Below, piece after piece: positions 39,901 to 50,790 of a DNA stretch of 64,000 nucleotides. Position numbers and translations under genes: made by a program. How positions within the stretch are numbered: the stretch's first letter is position 1; every line of letters begins with the position of its first letter. This stretch comes from Yuukianura sp. NJ FZ-2021 (taxonomy: Eukaryota), in assembly GCA_046563655.1 (NCBI GenBank), contig CM102286.1:10664001-10728000 (forward strand), in the 5' to 3' direction. Under the pieces are notes generated by a model that saw nothing but the letters and a program-made list of their open reading frames with translations, did no database searches and was not told the origin of the DNA.

Positions 39901-40957
39901 ACTATCTGTCGGTAAAGCTGCATTGATGTCGGATCTAGGCCTTTTCCCTGGTGAAGGCTGGACCAAATGTAAAGAGAAGCTTCAAGAGTACTGGTTTCTA
40001 GCAAAGCTATCTCCTGTTCAGAATGCTGCCTGTTTTGCTCGAACGCGGTAAGGTATTTCAGTTTTTGACCAACGAGCTCTACCTAAGGACATGAAAAAAC
40101 AAACTAGTTTTTATAAAATACGTGAAGTTGTATATAAGTTAAACTAACAATTTTCATACAAATAATTTCATGCAGCACGCTTTCCCGAAAGTTTTAACTT
40201 GCTTCTCTAGCTTTAGCCATTGCTTCGCAGTGAGCGACGGAATGAAATATGACAAATTCTCAGCTGTTGGATCTGTCGGTATTGACGGTTTCGCCCCTTC
40301 GTATTTGTCCGCGTAGTAGTACAGTAGAATTCCTTGAAGCTCGGACCAAGCGTAACATAATTTCAGAAACCAATGCACTATGTCTTCATCCTGAAAGGTC
40401 ATAACGAGGAAGATAAATTTTTAATTTGTGGGTCGCCAATTCCTACACACATAAAACTGGATTAACAATAACACTCATTCTCACATGCTTCCGTTCGACA
40501 ATTGAAGCTCCTAAGGTTGCGAGACACTCCGTTGCAAAGATGCTTGTCATCTTTTCAATATTTGGCAATGAAACTGAAGTCGCCATCATCCTGATACAAC
40601 TTAAAAACTCGAAGAAGAATTCAGCCATAGTTTTGAAATATGTTCGTTGCTGGTCATTTACTAGAACAAAGTTAAAAACATCAATATCGTTACATCCAAT
40701 TCCATCGTTGAATAACAGAATATCGTAACATCATGAGAACTTTACACTTTTGTTCTGCTAATTTTTGAACACATCCTTCGTAAAAATGGTGGTGTAGAGT
40801 CTTCCACAGAGTAATCAATTGACCACTTGGCAGCAGAGCCACACTGCTCTCTGTGATTCCATCCTTGGCTAATTTTGGATATTTCCGGGACAGTAACTCC
40901 TGAAACTGTTCCAAACTTCGACCTGAAGCGGTTGCTTCCTCCAGCTGAGTCATGATC
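36924..40957 (-). CDS. URB2: URB2 ribosome biogenesis protein (Npa2 family), ~10 exons; start uncertain
   Basis: Helical exons 40745-40957 through 39092-40082 and 38358-38959; C-terminus EFSRISPYCVA..TVYPPVK|DSLLSGCYKLIDLCDDHGIAQL...REIFKTVYNIYKKFYRYTGKV matches the Urb2/Npa2 C-terminal domain. Confidence 0.85.
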
Positions 40958-41625
40958 TGTGATACAAGAAAAGCTGTTAAAATTCTCCTTCACTTTCAAA
41001 ATGAGAGATGGGTCAAGTCAAGGTTTGCTAGATAGAAGAATACAGCTTAGGTTAGAAAATGGGCATTGTTTTTCGTTCGAAATAAAATTTAACCATTGCT
41101 CCTCCGTATCCGTTGAAAGGAGTCCCTTCCTAATTTACCTTTTGTTTTTAAATATCCAGCGTCCAGCGGCTTCAAGTCCACTTCAATCCTAACTCTTCGA
41201 CTAGTAAAACGAAACAATTTAATTATTCAAACTAAAACGTGTGTTTTGTTCGTCTTACTTTTAAGTTTAATACTAAACTCTTCTGTTCTGTTGTCAGTGC
41301 CCGATGAACGATAACAAAACCACGTGCAATTCATACAATTTTAGATTTGGGTGGTGGTAAAAGTGTACTCTGGGAGCACTGCATTTGATGAACTGTTTTC
41401 AAAAAAATAAATAAACCGGTTGTAAACCGCGCATACTGATAATAGCTCAGGAATAAGGGGTTGCCCACCAGGGGGTGGGGGTGTTTCCCCGACTTTCCCG
41501 CCCCCAGGGGGAGAGGCGGTGTTCCCTCCCCACTTTCCCGCCCCTTCCCAGGGGGAGTTTCCTCCAATTTCCCGCCCCCAGGGGAAGTGGGGGTGTTTCC
41601 TGCACTTTTTTGCTCCGCACCCCAG

Positions 41626-43427
41626 GATCGACAACTATCATTAGCGGTGACAAATCTGCGATCGCAAATTAGCTTGCGCCACTCCTCTGCGACTTTGAGA
41701 ATTTGGTACTCTCGAAACACTTTCTCTCTCGGTGGCAAAGTTGAGGGACTTTTCCCCAAACTAACACGGGAGGAGGAGTGGAGTGCCTTCCCCCCTCACC
41801 AAATTCAAAATCTCGGTGTGACAACAAGGTTGAGACTCGTTGGCACATTCTTTGGAACAATAAGTGCACATGATAATTATCTTTTTAAAGCATTTCAAGT
41901 ATTCGTATTACTTATAAATACACAAATACTAATAAATTCTTATGCCTTTGCACCTACTGTGACATTTTAGGACAAGTATAAAGTAGAATTGGCTATGGCA
42001 AGTGTCATAATGTAAAACTTTAATCAAAACGGGGTGGATTTAAATGGGCTCTTATGTAAAGAACCCTAAAACCCGATTAACTTCCATCTTTCAAAGGAAG
42101 CCATATGTGTGTCATATGATTCCATTAGTAGTAGTAAAATCAGTTTAAAAAATGACGATTTCATGCTTAATATATGCTTATAATATGAGTATGAGAGGTT
42201 AGGATGATTTTGAATACGTTAGTAGATTTAATTGTGCCTGTATTTGGATCATAATCTTTAATAATCGTTCAAATCGCTACTTTGCGGCTAGTCTCGACTA
42301 GCCGCAAAGATATCACGGAATTTGCGATGCTACTGAGGAGCAAAGCTCTTCATAAGTACCAAATCTCCTGCTAGGAGAAAGGTTTCAATGGAGAAAGAGA
42401 AGGAGGATGGCAAGAGTTGCTATACTCTTGCCATCCTACTTGCTCCCGGTTTCATGAGTACCAAACGGAGCAAATTTGCTTACCACCGACTTGCCACCGG
42501 TGGCAAGGCATAATAAGTACCATTCCAGGATTGGTACTTATTATGCCTTGCCACCGGTGGCAAGTCGGTGGTAAGCAAATTTGCTCCGTTTGGTACTCAT
42601 GAAACCGGGAGCAAGTAGGATGGCAAGAGTATAGCAACTCTTGCCATCCTCCTTCTCTTTCTCCATTGAAACCTTTCTCCTAGCAGGAGATTTGGTACTT
42701 ATGAAGAGCTTTGCTCCTCAGTAGCATCGCAAATTCCGTGATATCTTTGCGGCTAGTCGAGACTAGCCGCAAAGTAGCGATTTGAACGATTATTAAAGAT
42801 TATGATCCAAATACAGGCACAATTAAATCTACTAACGTATTCAAAATCATCCTAACCTCTCATACTCATATTATAAGCATATATTAAGCATGAAATCGTC
42901 ATTCTTTAAACTGATTTTACTACTACTAATGGAATCATATGACACACATATGGCTTCCTTTGAAAGATGGAAGTTAATCGCGTTTTAGGGTTCTTTACAT
43001 AAGAACCCATTTAAATCACCCCGTTTTGATTAAAGTTTTACACTATGACACTTGCCATAGCCAATTCTACTTTATACTTGTCCTAAAATGTCACAGTAGG
43101 TGCAAAGGCATAAGAATTCATTAGTATTTGTGTATTTATAAGTAATACGAATAATTGAAATGCTTTAAAAAGATAATTATCATATGCACTTATTGTTCCA
43201 AAGAATGTGCCAACGAGTCTCAACCTTGTTGTCACACCGAGATTTTGAATTTGGTGAGGAGGGAAGGCACTCCACTCCTCCTCCCGTGTTAGTTTGGGGA
43301 AAAGTCCCTCAACTTTGCCACCGAGAGAGAAAGTGTTTCGAGAGTACCAAATTCTCAAAGTCGCAGAGGAGTGGCGCAAGCTAATTTGCGATCGCAGATT
43401 TGTCACCGCTAATGATAGTTGTCGATC
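41626..43427. repeat. 1.8-kb near-perfect palindrome (foldback insertion) centred at 42527
   Basis: Mirror ORFs 42417-42602(+) and 42452-42637(-); ~900-bp arms with roughly 10 differences; flanked on both sides by (C)CAG(G). Confidence 0.95.
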
Positions 43428-43430
43428 CAG

Positions 43431-43890
43431 GGAGCGCGGGGGTGTTTTCCGCCACTTTTCCGCCCCCCAGAGGGAGTGGTGGTGTTCTCCCGCTTTTTTG
43501 CTCCGCACCCCAGGAAGCGCGGGGGTGTGTTCCGCCACTTTTCCGCCCCTCAGAGGGAGTGGTGGTGTTCCCCCGCTTTTTTGCTCCGCACCCCCGGAAG
43601 CGCGGGGATGTGCTCCGCCACTTTTCCGCCCCCCAGAGGGAGTGGTGGTGTTCCCCCGCTTTTTTGCTCCGCACCCCAGGAAGCGCGGGGGTGTGTTCCG
43701 CCACTTTTCCGCCCCCCAGAGGGAGTGGTGGTGTTCCCCCGCTTTTTTGCTCCGCACCCCAGGGAGCGCGGGGTGTGTTCCCCCCACTTTCCCGCCCCCC
43801 CCCGGGGTAGTGGGGGTGTGTTCCCCCCACTTTTCGGCCCCCCCGGGTGAGTGTGGGTGTGTTCCCCCCACTTTCCCGCCCCCCCCAGGG
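43431..43890 (+). repeat. GC-rich ~63-bp minisatellite (G-run rich on the - strand); degenerate units also at 41460-41625
   Basis: Repeated GGGGTGTGTTCCGCCACTTTTCCGCCCCCCAGAGGGAGTGGTGGTGTTCCCCCGCTTTTTTGCTCCGCACCCCAGG. Confidence 0.95.
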
Positions 43891-43896
43891 GATGTT

Positions 43897-44590
43897 GACA
43901 TGTGAGACGTGACAGCTGAGGCGTGACAGGTGACAGGTGAGACGTGACAGGTGACACCCGGCAAGTGACACGTGAGGGTGACAGGTGACACGCGGCAAGT
44001 GACACGTGAGTGTGACAGGTGACACGCGGCAAGTGACACGTGAGTGTGACAGGTGACACCCGGCAAGTGACACGTGAGGGTGACAGCTGAGGCGTGACAG
44101 GTGACAGGTGAGACGTGACAGGTGACACCCGGCAAGTGACACGTGAGGGTGACAGGTGACACGCGGCAATTGACACGTGAGTGTGACAGGTGACACGCGG
44201 CAAGTGACACGTGAGTGTGACAGGTGACACCCGGCAAGTGACACGTGAGGGTGACAGCTGAGGCGTGACAGGTGACAGGTGAGACGTGACAGGTGACACC
44301 CGGCAAGTGACACGTGAGGGTGACAGGTGACACGCGGCAAGTGACACGTGAGTGTGACAGGTGACACGCGGCAAGTGACACGTGAGTGTGACAGGTGACA
44401 CGCGGCAAGTGACACGTGAGTGTGACAGGTGACACGCGGCAAGTGACACGTGAGTGTGACAGGTGACACGCGGCACGTGACAGGTGACACCCGGCAAGTG
44501 ACAGGTGACACCCGGTATGTGACAGGTGACACCCGGCAATTAACAGGTGACAGGTGACACCCGGCAAGTGACAGGTGACACCCGGTGGAC
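43897..44590 (+). repeat. GTGACA-based minisatellite with ~32-bp units and a ~171-bp higher-order period
   Basis: GTGACAGGTGACACGCGGCAAGTGACACGTGA units; the GTGACAGCTGAGGC marker recurs at ~43909, 44080 and 44251. Confidence 0.95.
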
Positions 44591-45384
44591 ACAGTGCATG
44601 AGTGTGTAAAGTGTATAATGTCAACTGCGTAATAGATTTTTTGCTAAGCAGAGAACCAAGTCCCATGCCAATTGCCTTTCCAGTCTCACAAGCAGAGTTT
44701 TTGTTACACACACTTGCATTACAAATGACCTTTGAAATCGATTTTGACCCGGAAGCAGGTGACCTAGGGTCACACATTACACAAAAAAGTTGTTCCCCTC
44801 GATGAGATGAACAACTTTTGTAGAGGTCATTTTCCGGGTTACCGGGAATGAAACCGGTTGACCTTGACCTTTGACCCGGAAGGAGTTGCCCCACGGGGGT
44901 CATATTCAATAGTGAATAGGTCCGGGTCATGACATGGTCACTGGTGAAAACCGGAATCAAATCGGACCAGTAGTTTCTGAGATAATTAATCCGGACAGAC
45001 AGACGGACGGACGGACGGACGGACAGACAGACGTCTTCTATAATAATAGCTTCGCTATTATAATAAAATGGAACACCTGTTTCCAAGTGACCCCGGTTGG
45101 AGGTCACAAAACTGTTCCTATTGCACCCGCAATAATTAACGTTAACTTTTGACCCTGATTTCGTCTTGCATAGAAATGAAAGTTAGTGAATGTGTTTGAA
45201 ACTGGTAATATTAATAATTTATGTTGTTTAAACTCTTCAAAAACCTTAAACAACTTTGTTCGAACGAAAAGTGGGTACAACGAAACGGAATTCCTTTTTT
45301 CAACAAAAATTGTGCATGATGCACAATCCGCGGATTTCCCATCTCTTATTAACATTATACACATTCGCCTTATGCAGTGCTCCC

Positions 45385-45854
45385 CAAGGTAACTAAACAA
45401 AATGACACACCGCATTACTAAGGTAGTCTCACGAGCGGTTTTTTTCAGTTTTTTTGCGAAAGTATATAGTGGGGTGGATTGTTTGTTTTTAACGTTTCTG
45501 TGCAAACGTTTTCCTTCGGTTGGAGTACAAAGTAAATTCATTCATTGTAACCACCCAGTGGAACCACTCACCAAACCTGTAGTTTATATCGGTTTTAGGA
45601 TTGGAATATGGAAGAAAAAGTTTAACGCTTGTAGTTGTTACTAAGAATTCATTGCAACTCAATTACAAATTAGTTGATTTTGTGCGAAATATCGAACACT
45701 GGTTACAAGTAACACATATCGTTACCTCAACCAACTTGAGCACGAATTTATCGCCTTGGATAGCACCCGACTACAGACTTTCGCAAAAAACAATTAAAAA
45801 ACGGCTCGTGAGACTACCTTATAACGCGGTGTGTCATTTTGTTTAGTTGCCTTG
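45385..45854. mobile_element. P-element-like (or hAT) MITE, 470 bp
   Basis: CAAGGTAACTAAACAAAATGACACACCGC ... GCGGTGTGTCATTTTGTTTAGTTGCCTTG TIRs; exact 8-bp TSD GTGCTCCC (45377-45384, 45855-45862). Confidence 0.8.
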
Positions 45855-46350
45855 GTGCTCCCCAACCGTGTTTGAGGTGAGCGGAGTAAACAACCAAACA
45901 CGGTTGGCATCCTAACAAGTAAAAGTGATGGATAACCATATTTTAGAGTGGCGAAAGCGCGCCTTCAAATTTAAATTTTGATTTCCATGACATTGATTTG
46001 TGTCTGACTAAAGCTCTGATTTTTCTCAATGCAACTAAACAAAAAGACACACGCGCTGCGCTTTCTATGCAGTAATGTTATTAATATATTAGGTAATATT
46101 AGGTTATTAGTAATGCGGTGTGTCATTATGTTTAGTCACCTTGATTTTTCTGAATGTAGAGACATGTAAATTGTAAATAAACCGTAAGTAGCGAGAGGAA
46201 GCTAGGTCACCTTTACGAAAGTTGCTCACCACAATGAGATAAACAACTTTTGTAGAGGTCATTTTTCGATTTCCGTGAAAAATGTATTTGACCTTGACCT
46301 TTGACCCGGACCGGACCTGACCTTACCTTATAGTATTCTATTTACCTTGG

Positions 46351-46850
46351 CCTAATCGTGGACTTTTTCCAAAAGTATGCTGTAGAAAGTTAGAAAGTGT
46401 GCTGATGTTTTCAAAAATCAATATTTTGGAATTTTTTAAATTTCCATAAGGAAAATGCACTTTAGTGAATTTGTTAGCCTAATTCTGACTTTTCCGAAAG
46501 CCCTTCTGCAGAAAGTTAAAAGGTATGATGGTGTTTTTGAAAAACAATATTTTGCAATTTTTTAACTTTTCATAAATAAGGAAAATACACTTTAGTGAAT
46601 TTGTTACCCTAATCCTGACTTTTCCCAAAACCCCTTCTGTAGAAAGTTAGACGGTATGACGCTGTTTTTGAACGATATTTCGGAATTTTTAAATTTCCAT
46701 AAATAAGAAAAATGCACTTGAATGAATTTGCTAGCCTAATCCCGACTTTTTCCAAAAGTTCTTTTGTGGAAAGTTAGAAAGCGTGATGATGTTTTTAGAA
46801 AACATCATTTTGGAATTTTTAAATTTCCATCAATGAGGAAGATACACTTT
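46351..46850 (+). repeat. ~128-bp tandem repeat, about 4 diverged copies
   Basis: CCTAAT..GACTTTT..AAAA..GTAGAAAGTTAG..AAATTTCCATAA..GGAAAATGCACTTT units starting near 46351, 46478, 46608 and 46736. Confidence 0.85.
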
Positions 46851-46859
46851 GGGGAGTAT

Positions 46860-47238
46860 CAAGGTAACTAAACAAAATGAGACACCGCATTACTAAGGTA
46901 GTCTCACGAGTGGTTTTTTCAGTTTTTTTTTGCGAAAGTATATAGTGGGGTGGATTGTTTGTTTTTAACTTTTCTGTGTAAGGTTTTTCTTCGGTTGGAG
47001 TACAAAGTAAATTTATTCACTGTAACCACCCAGTGTAACCACTCATCAAACCTGTAGTTTATATCGGTTTTAGGATTGGAAAATGGGAGAAAAAGTTTTA
47101 TTATTATTGTTGTTACTAAGAATATTCATTGCAACTCAGTTGCAAATTAGTTGATTTTGTGCCATTATCGAACACTGGTTACAAGTAACACATATCGTTA
47201 CCGCAACCAACTTTAGCACGAGTTTATCGCCTTGGATA
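46860..47238 (+). mobile_element. Truncated second copy of the 45385-45854 MITE
   Basis: ~375 bp highly similar to 45385-45760; lacks the right TIR. Confidence 0.85.
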
Positions 47239-48010
47239 CAGTTTTGGGTCAAGTTGCCCATAGCAACAAATTTCTGGCGTATACTTTTACGTGCCACACC
47301 CTGTACAATCGATCTCAACAAATCAGTATTTGTCGGCTTGTTTTAAATACTAATTAATTAATTTGTGTTTAGCAAGGCTACAATATAAAATTGTTTCACA
47401 ACCGTGAAATAGCTACATGACACAACGAAAGTCAGAATTAGGAAACCAAAAGCAAACACTTGGTACACATCATACGAAGTTATTCGCTTGATTTCACTCA
47501 AGTTTTAACTAAAGTTACCTGCAAAAACTTTTGGCTACTAAACACAAAAGACGAAAAAAATAGCCAGGAAATACACAATTTAACTTAAAAAAAATTTACT
47601 GGTGTACTCTGAATTTGGTAAATTTAAAATACATTTTAGAGTCACAGATAAAAATCCAATAATAACACATTTTAGAGAAAAATTATGTTCTCTCAACTTT
47701 AAACAAATGACCTTGAACAGTGCATGCGTCATACGTAGCCTTTTACTGAGAATTTGCTTTAAGTAAACAAGATTTGCGCTAAAAAGAGCCAGAAGTCGAG
47801 TTTGGTGTACTACCGTATCTTTATTATGTCTTTTCTGGTGAGTGCAATAATTTTTTCATCTACTAGTGCTAGCAAGGTCAACCGCAATCTTTTATAGACT
47901 TCTTCTGCGAATTCACACCATCACACCACGAAAAAACTTGAAATAGAACCAAGTTTTGCAAATTTTATTTTTAGAGAAGTTGAGATTTGGATATTAACAT
48001 TAAAACAACC

Positions 48011-48443
48011 ATGGTAAGTTATACTCCTTGCTATTTCATTTTATATAATCAATACACTTTATAACTTCAATACACGTTATGTATAATATGTTAATAAACT
48101 GTATATTATATAAAATACGTACACTCAGTACATAATACATACTAATTTACTTTAATAATTTCCAGAGTAAAACTAACAAGAACAAGAATGTGAACATTCA
48201 CATGGAAGGGGAAGTGGTTTGCAAGCTACTGGATGAGGCCTCAAATGCTGCTTGCAATATTATTGTGAAGACAATTGAGGGAGTTATTTATAAATGTGTA
48301 AGACTTTTAGTTTTTATGATATGTAATAATACCGTCGTATTCTTTTTAAACCTTTCATCATGTTGTTAGTTTTATATTTCATTTAATTAGTCAATAATTT
48401 TTGGTTGCAGTGTGAAAACCACAAGAGGCGCGTGAAAGCATAA
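48011..48443 (+). CDS. Putative 55-aa spliced microprotein MSKTNKNKNVNIHMEGEVVCKLLDEASNAACNIIVKTIEGVIYKCCENHKRRVKA
   Basis: CAACCATG|GTAAGT (48011-48013), exon 48166-48297, exon 48411-48443; two phase-0 GT-AG introns; AATAAA at ~48460. Confidence 0.6.
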
Positions 48444-48639
48444 CCTCGCAACTAATCTAAATAAAATTTGGAAAAGTGAATTCTAAGCAACAGCTGTTGA
48501 AATTGTATTGTGATTAGTCATTCGAATATGATTGATTTTTTTGAATAAAATTCAATTACAACGGAATTTAGTCTTTTTGGAAACGTTTGCCTAGCCCAAC
48601 GTTTGGATTTTTTTATATTTTAAACAAATTTTCCATAAT

Positions 48640-49204
48640 TTATCGAAAAGACACATTCTGGACTCCTTTTAATCGAAAATTTGCGAGAGTGTAGCGGACA
48701 TAAACTATTTTGTCCTTGTTTGACCAACTGGAATTCGGACTCCCGTCACGCGGAAACGCTTCATATGCTAGTAGGAAATCGTCGTTTCCCGCCTCCAGAA
48801 CTTTAAAAACAGCATCCGAACAATTGTTTCCCAAAAACGAATAGTTTTTGCTCTGAGCTTCTTCCCATTTCTTCTCCATTGCGGAACAGTCCAAATCAAT
48901 TGTAATTTTTAACACGGAGTCAGCATCTCTGCGAAATTCCCTGAAAACGATTTCAAAATGTTCAAACTCAAGGTGTTCATTTTTTTTAAATTTTGACTCA
49001 TTTGTTACCTTTTGTCGTCGCTATAGTCTTTTGTAGCAGATGGAACTGATTTAGCACCTTTTGCTCTTCCTTTAGGCCAAAAGCTAATGTACAAGAAGTT
49101 GTCGGGTAGATACAGTGAAACGTGTCCAACATCTCCATTCCCGCCGTTCCAAAAATTTAATTCTATTTTTGTACTTTTCAAATTTTTGGATTCCTGGCCC
49201 CCAT
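48640..49204 (-). CDS. Permuted papain-like (NlpC/P60, PPPDE/LRAT-like) protein, 2 exons; start has an apparent 1-nt frameshift or an unlocated upstream exon
   Basis: GDVGHVSLYL..YISFWP (exon ~49009-49200) spliced via a 68-nt intron (48941-49008) to YSFLGNNCSDAVFKVLEAG (48640-48940); His precedes Cys. Confidence 0.65.
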
Positions 49205-49445
49205 TTTCAGAATAACTGCTGTCTCTACTTGAATCGAGACTTTGCTACAAACTAGCTCCGACTGTTCACGATAGATCAGAAGTAAACTAAAGAAATAGGT
49301 TCGTCGAAGCAACAGATTTAGATTAGGGGCCACCCTTGTATGTTTTGTCTGGGGTGTCACATCAACTGTGTAGTGGAGGTACGAAAATAGCCCGACGTTA
49401 CTAATAGCCCGAGTTTCTCCTGTACTACAAAAAAAGTGCAATATA

Positions 49446-50606
49446 CAGAGGCTTTTTTAAGTACTGCCTATTGTCTCAAGAATAGGGGTCAATGCAAAAT
49501 TAACCTCAAACTATTTTGGTCAAAATTATTTTTAATTTTACCGGTCTGAATGAGTACCCCAATTATTCTTTGCCCGAAAACGTCAAAATTATTTCCAGAA
49601 AAGGAGACAGCTGACACTGCAATTGTTATTGCAGTTGGCGACATTACAATTACTGACATTGCAAATGGCGGCATTCCAAATGGCGGCATTACAAATGGCG
49701 ACATTACAATTGGAGCTATTTCAAATGGCGACATTGCAAACATTGCAAATGGCGGCATTACAAATGGCGACATTACAATTGGAGACATTCCAAATGGCGA
49801 CATTGCATATGGCGACATTACAATTGGAAACATTACAATTGGCGACATTGCAATTAACGGCATTGCAAATAGAGACATTACGATTAGCCACATGTCACGG
49901 CGACAGTGATGCCGGACACAATGCAGACGACATAGATTGTGGCGACAGTGTGGGCGGCATTGTTATTTCAGTTAAGGTAAACTACATGACGACATTAGGG
50001 AGCGCCATGTTTAAAGACCATACTATTGTTTCAAAAACTAATATTCTGCGTCTCACTATTCGGGGAAAATTTTAAAAAGTAAGAGGCGGGAAGAAAATAA
50101 TTTCATTTTGGGTGAAATAATTCACTCGAGAGTCAATTATTTTTAAGTCAATTATTTTTAATTATAATTGAAAATTTAATTTTGGAGGGTGTTCAAAAAA
50201 TAATTTTGACCAAAATAATTGGAAATAATTGACCATTGAATACCCTCAATGTTGAGCGTGACGCTTCTGGGTTTTATCAAACTCTAGAACTCTACTCCTC
50301 TCCCGCGAGTTTTGCGCAAAAAACAAGGCAATAAAACACGGGGAAAGGATTTAACTTCACAACTTCGATTCGGTTGACAACTCAGATGTAATTAAAGTAA
50401 TTAAGATTTAAACAATCAAAAGTTAGTTTCAACTGATAATTTTAAAACTTTGTTTTTCTGCTTAATTTGGGATCTGTCACAGTTGGTTAGCAAAGAACCG
50501 CGCAATTCGTGGAGGGAAAAGAGAAGTTGAGTTTTCTCCCAAAAGGTGGCTACCTTAACTTAGCGCTATAGGCATGACCTTGGGACAGTACTTAAAAAAG
50601 CCTCTG
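49446..50606. mobile_element. Tc1/mariner-type non-autonomous element containing a nested degenerate IR element and a 15-bp array
   Basis: TA|CAGAGGCTTTTTTAAGTACTG ... CAGTACTTAAAAAAGCCTCTG|TA; inner IR TATTTTGGTCAAAATTATTTTT (~49512) / AAAAATAATTTTGACCAAAATA (~50196). Confidence 0.8.
49620..49962 (+). repeat. 15-bp tandem array (AATGGCGACATTACA consensus)
   Basis: ~20 degenerate units that produce pentapeptide-repeat ORFs in several frames. Confidence 0.9.
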
Positions 50607-50790
50607 TAGAGTGAAATAAGTATGAGATCTCCTTTCCATCTAAACATTAAGAAGTTGTTTCTGGGAAATGCTGACAGAAAGAAGTAAATTCAGTTACTGC
50701 CTTTATTATAATAAAGGCAGTAATTAAATAATAAATTAAACTAAATAAATTATTAAATATTATAATAAACCGTTGTAAACGAACACCTAC

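Larger units (their letters stand above)
41440..45061 (+). mobile_element. Helentron/DINE-like non-autonomous element swollen by minisatellites and a palindromic insertion
   Basis: 3' block GACCTTGACCTTTGACC, AAATCGGACCAGTAGTTTC, (GACA/GACG)n and terminal hairpin AATAGCTTCGCTATT; 5' end tentatively at TAATAGCTCAG. Confidence 0.55.

Noticed and set aside
42417..42637. Mirror 61-aa ORFs on both strands
   Set aside because: A consequence of the palindrome
43083..45107. 674-aa ORF and overlapping 403/329/203-aa ORFs with VTCH repeats
   Set aside because: They result from stop-free minisatellites open in several frames and on both strands; there is no evidence of a real protein
43431..46850. CRISPR-like array
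   Set aside because: Repeats are tandem without unique spacers, the context is eukaryotic and there are no cas genes
49489..50075. Pentapeptide-repeat ORFs (NGDIT / MATLQ / MSPFV), suggestive of ice-binding or beta-helix proteins
   Set aside because: A 15-bp DNA array inside a TA-flanked TIR element, open in three frames; best explained as a non-coding tandem repeat
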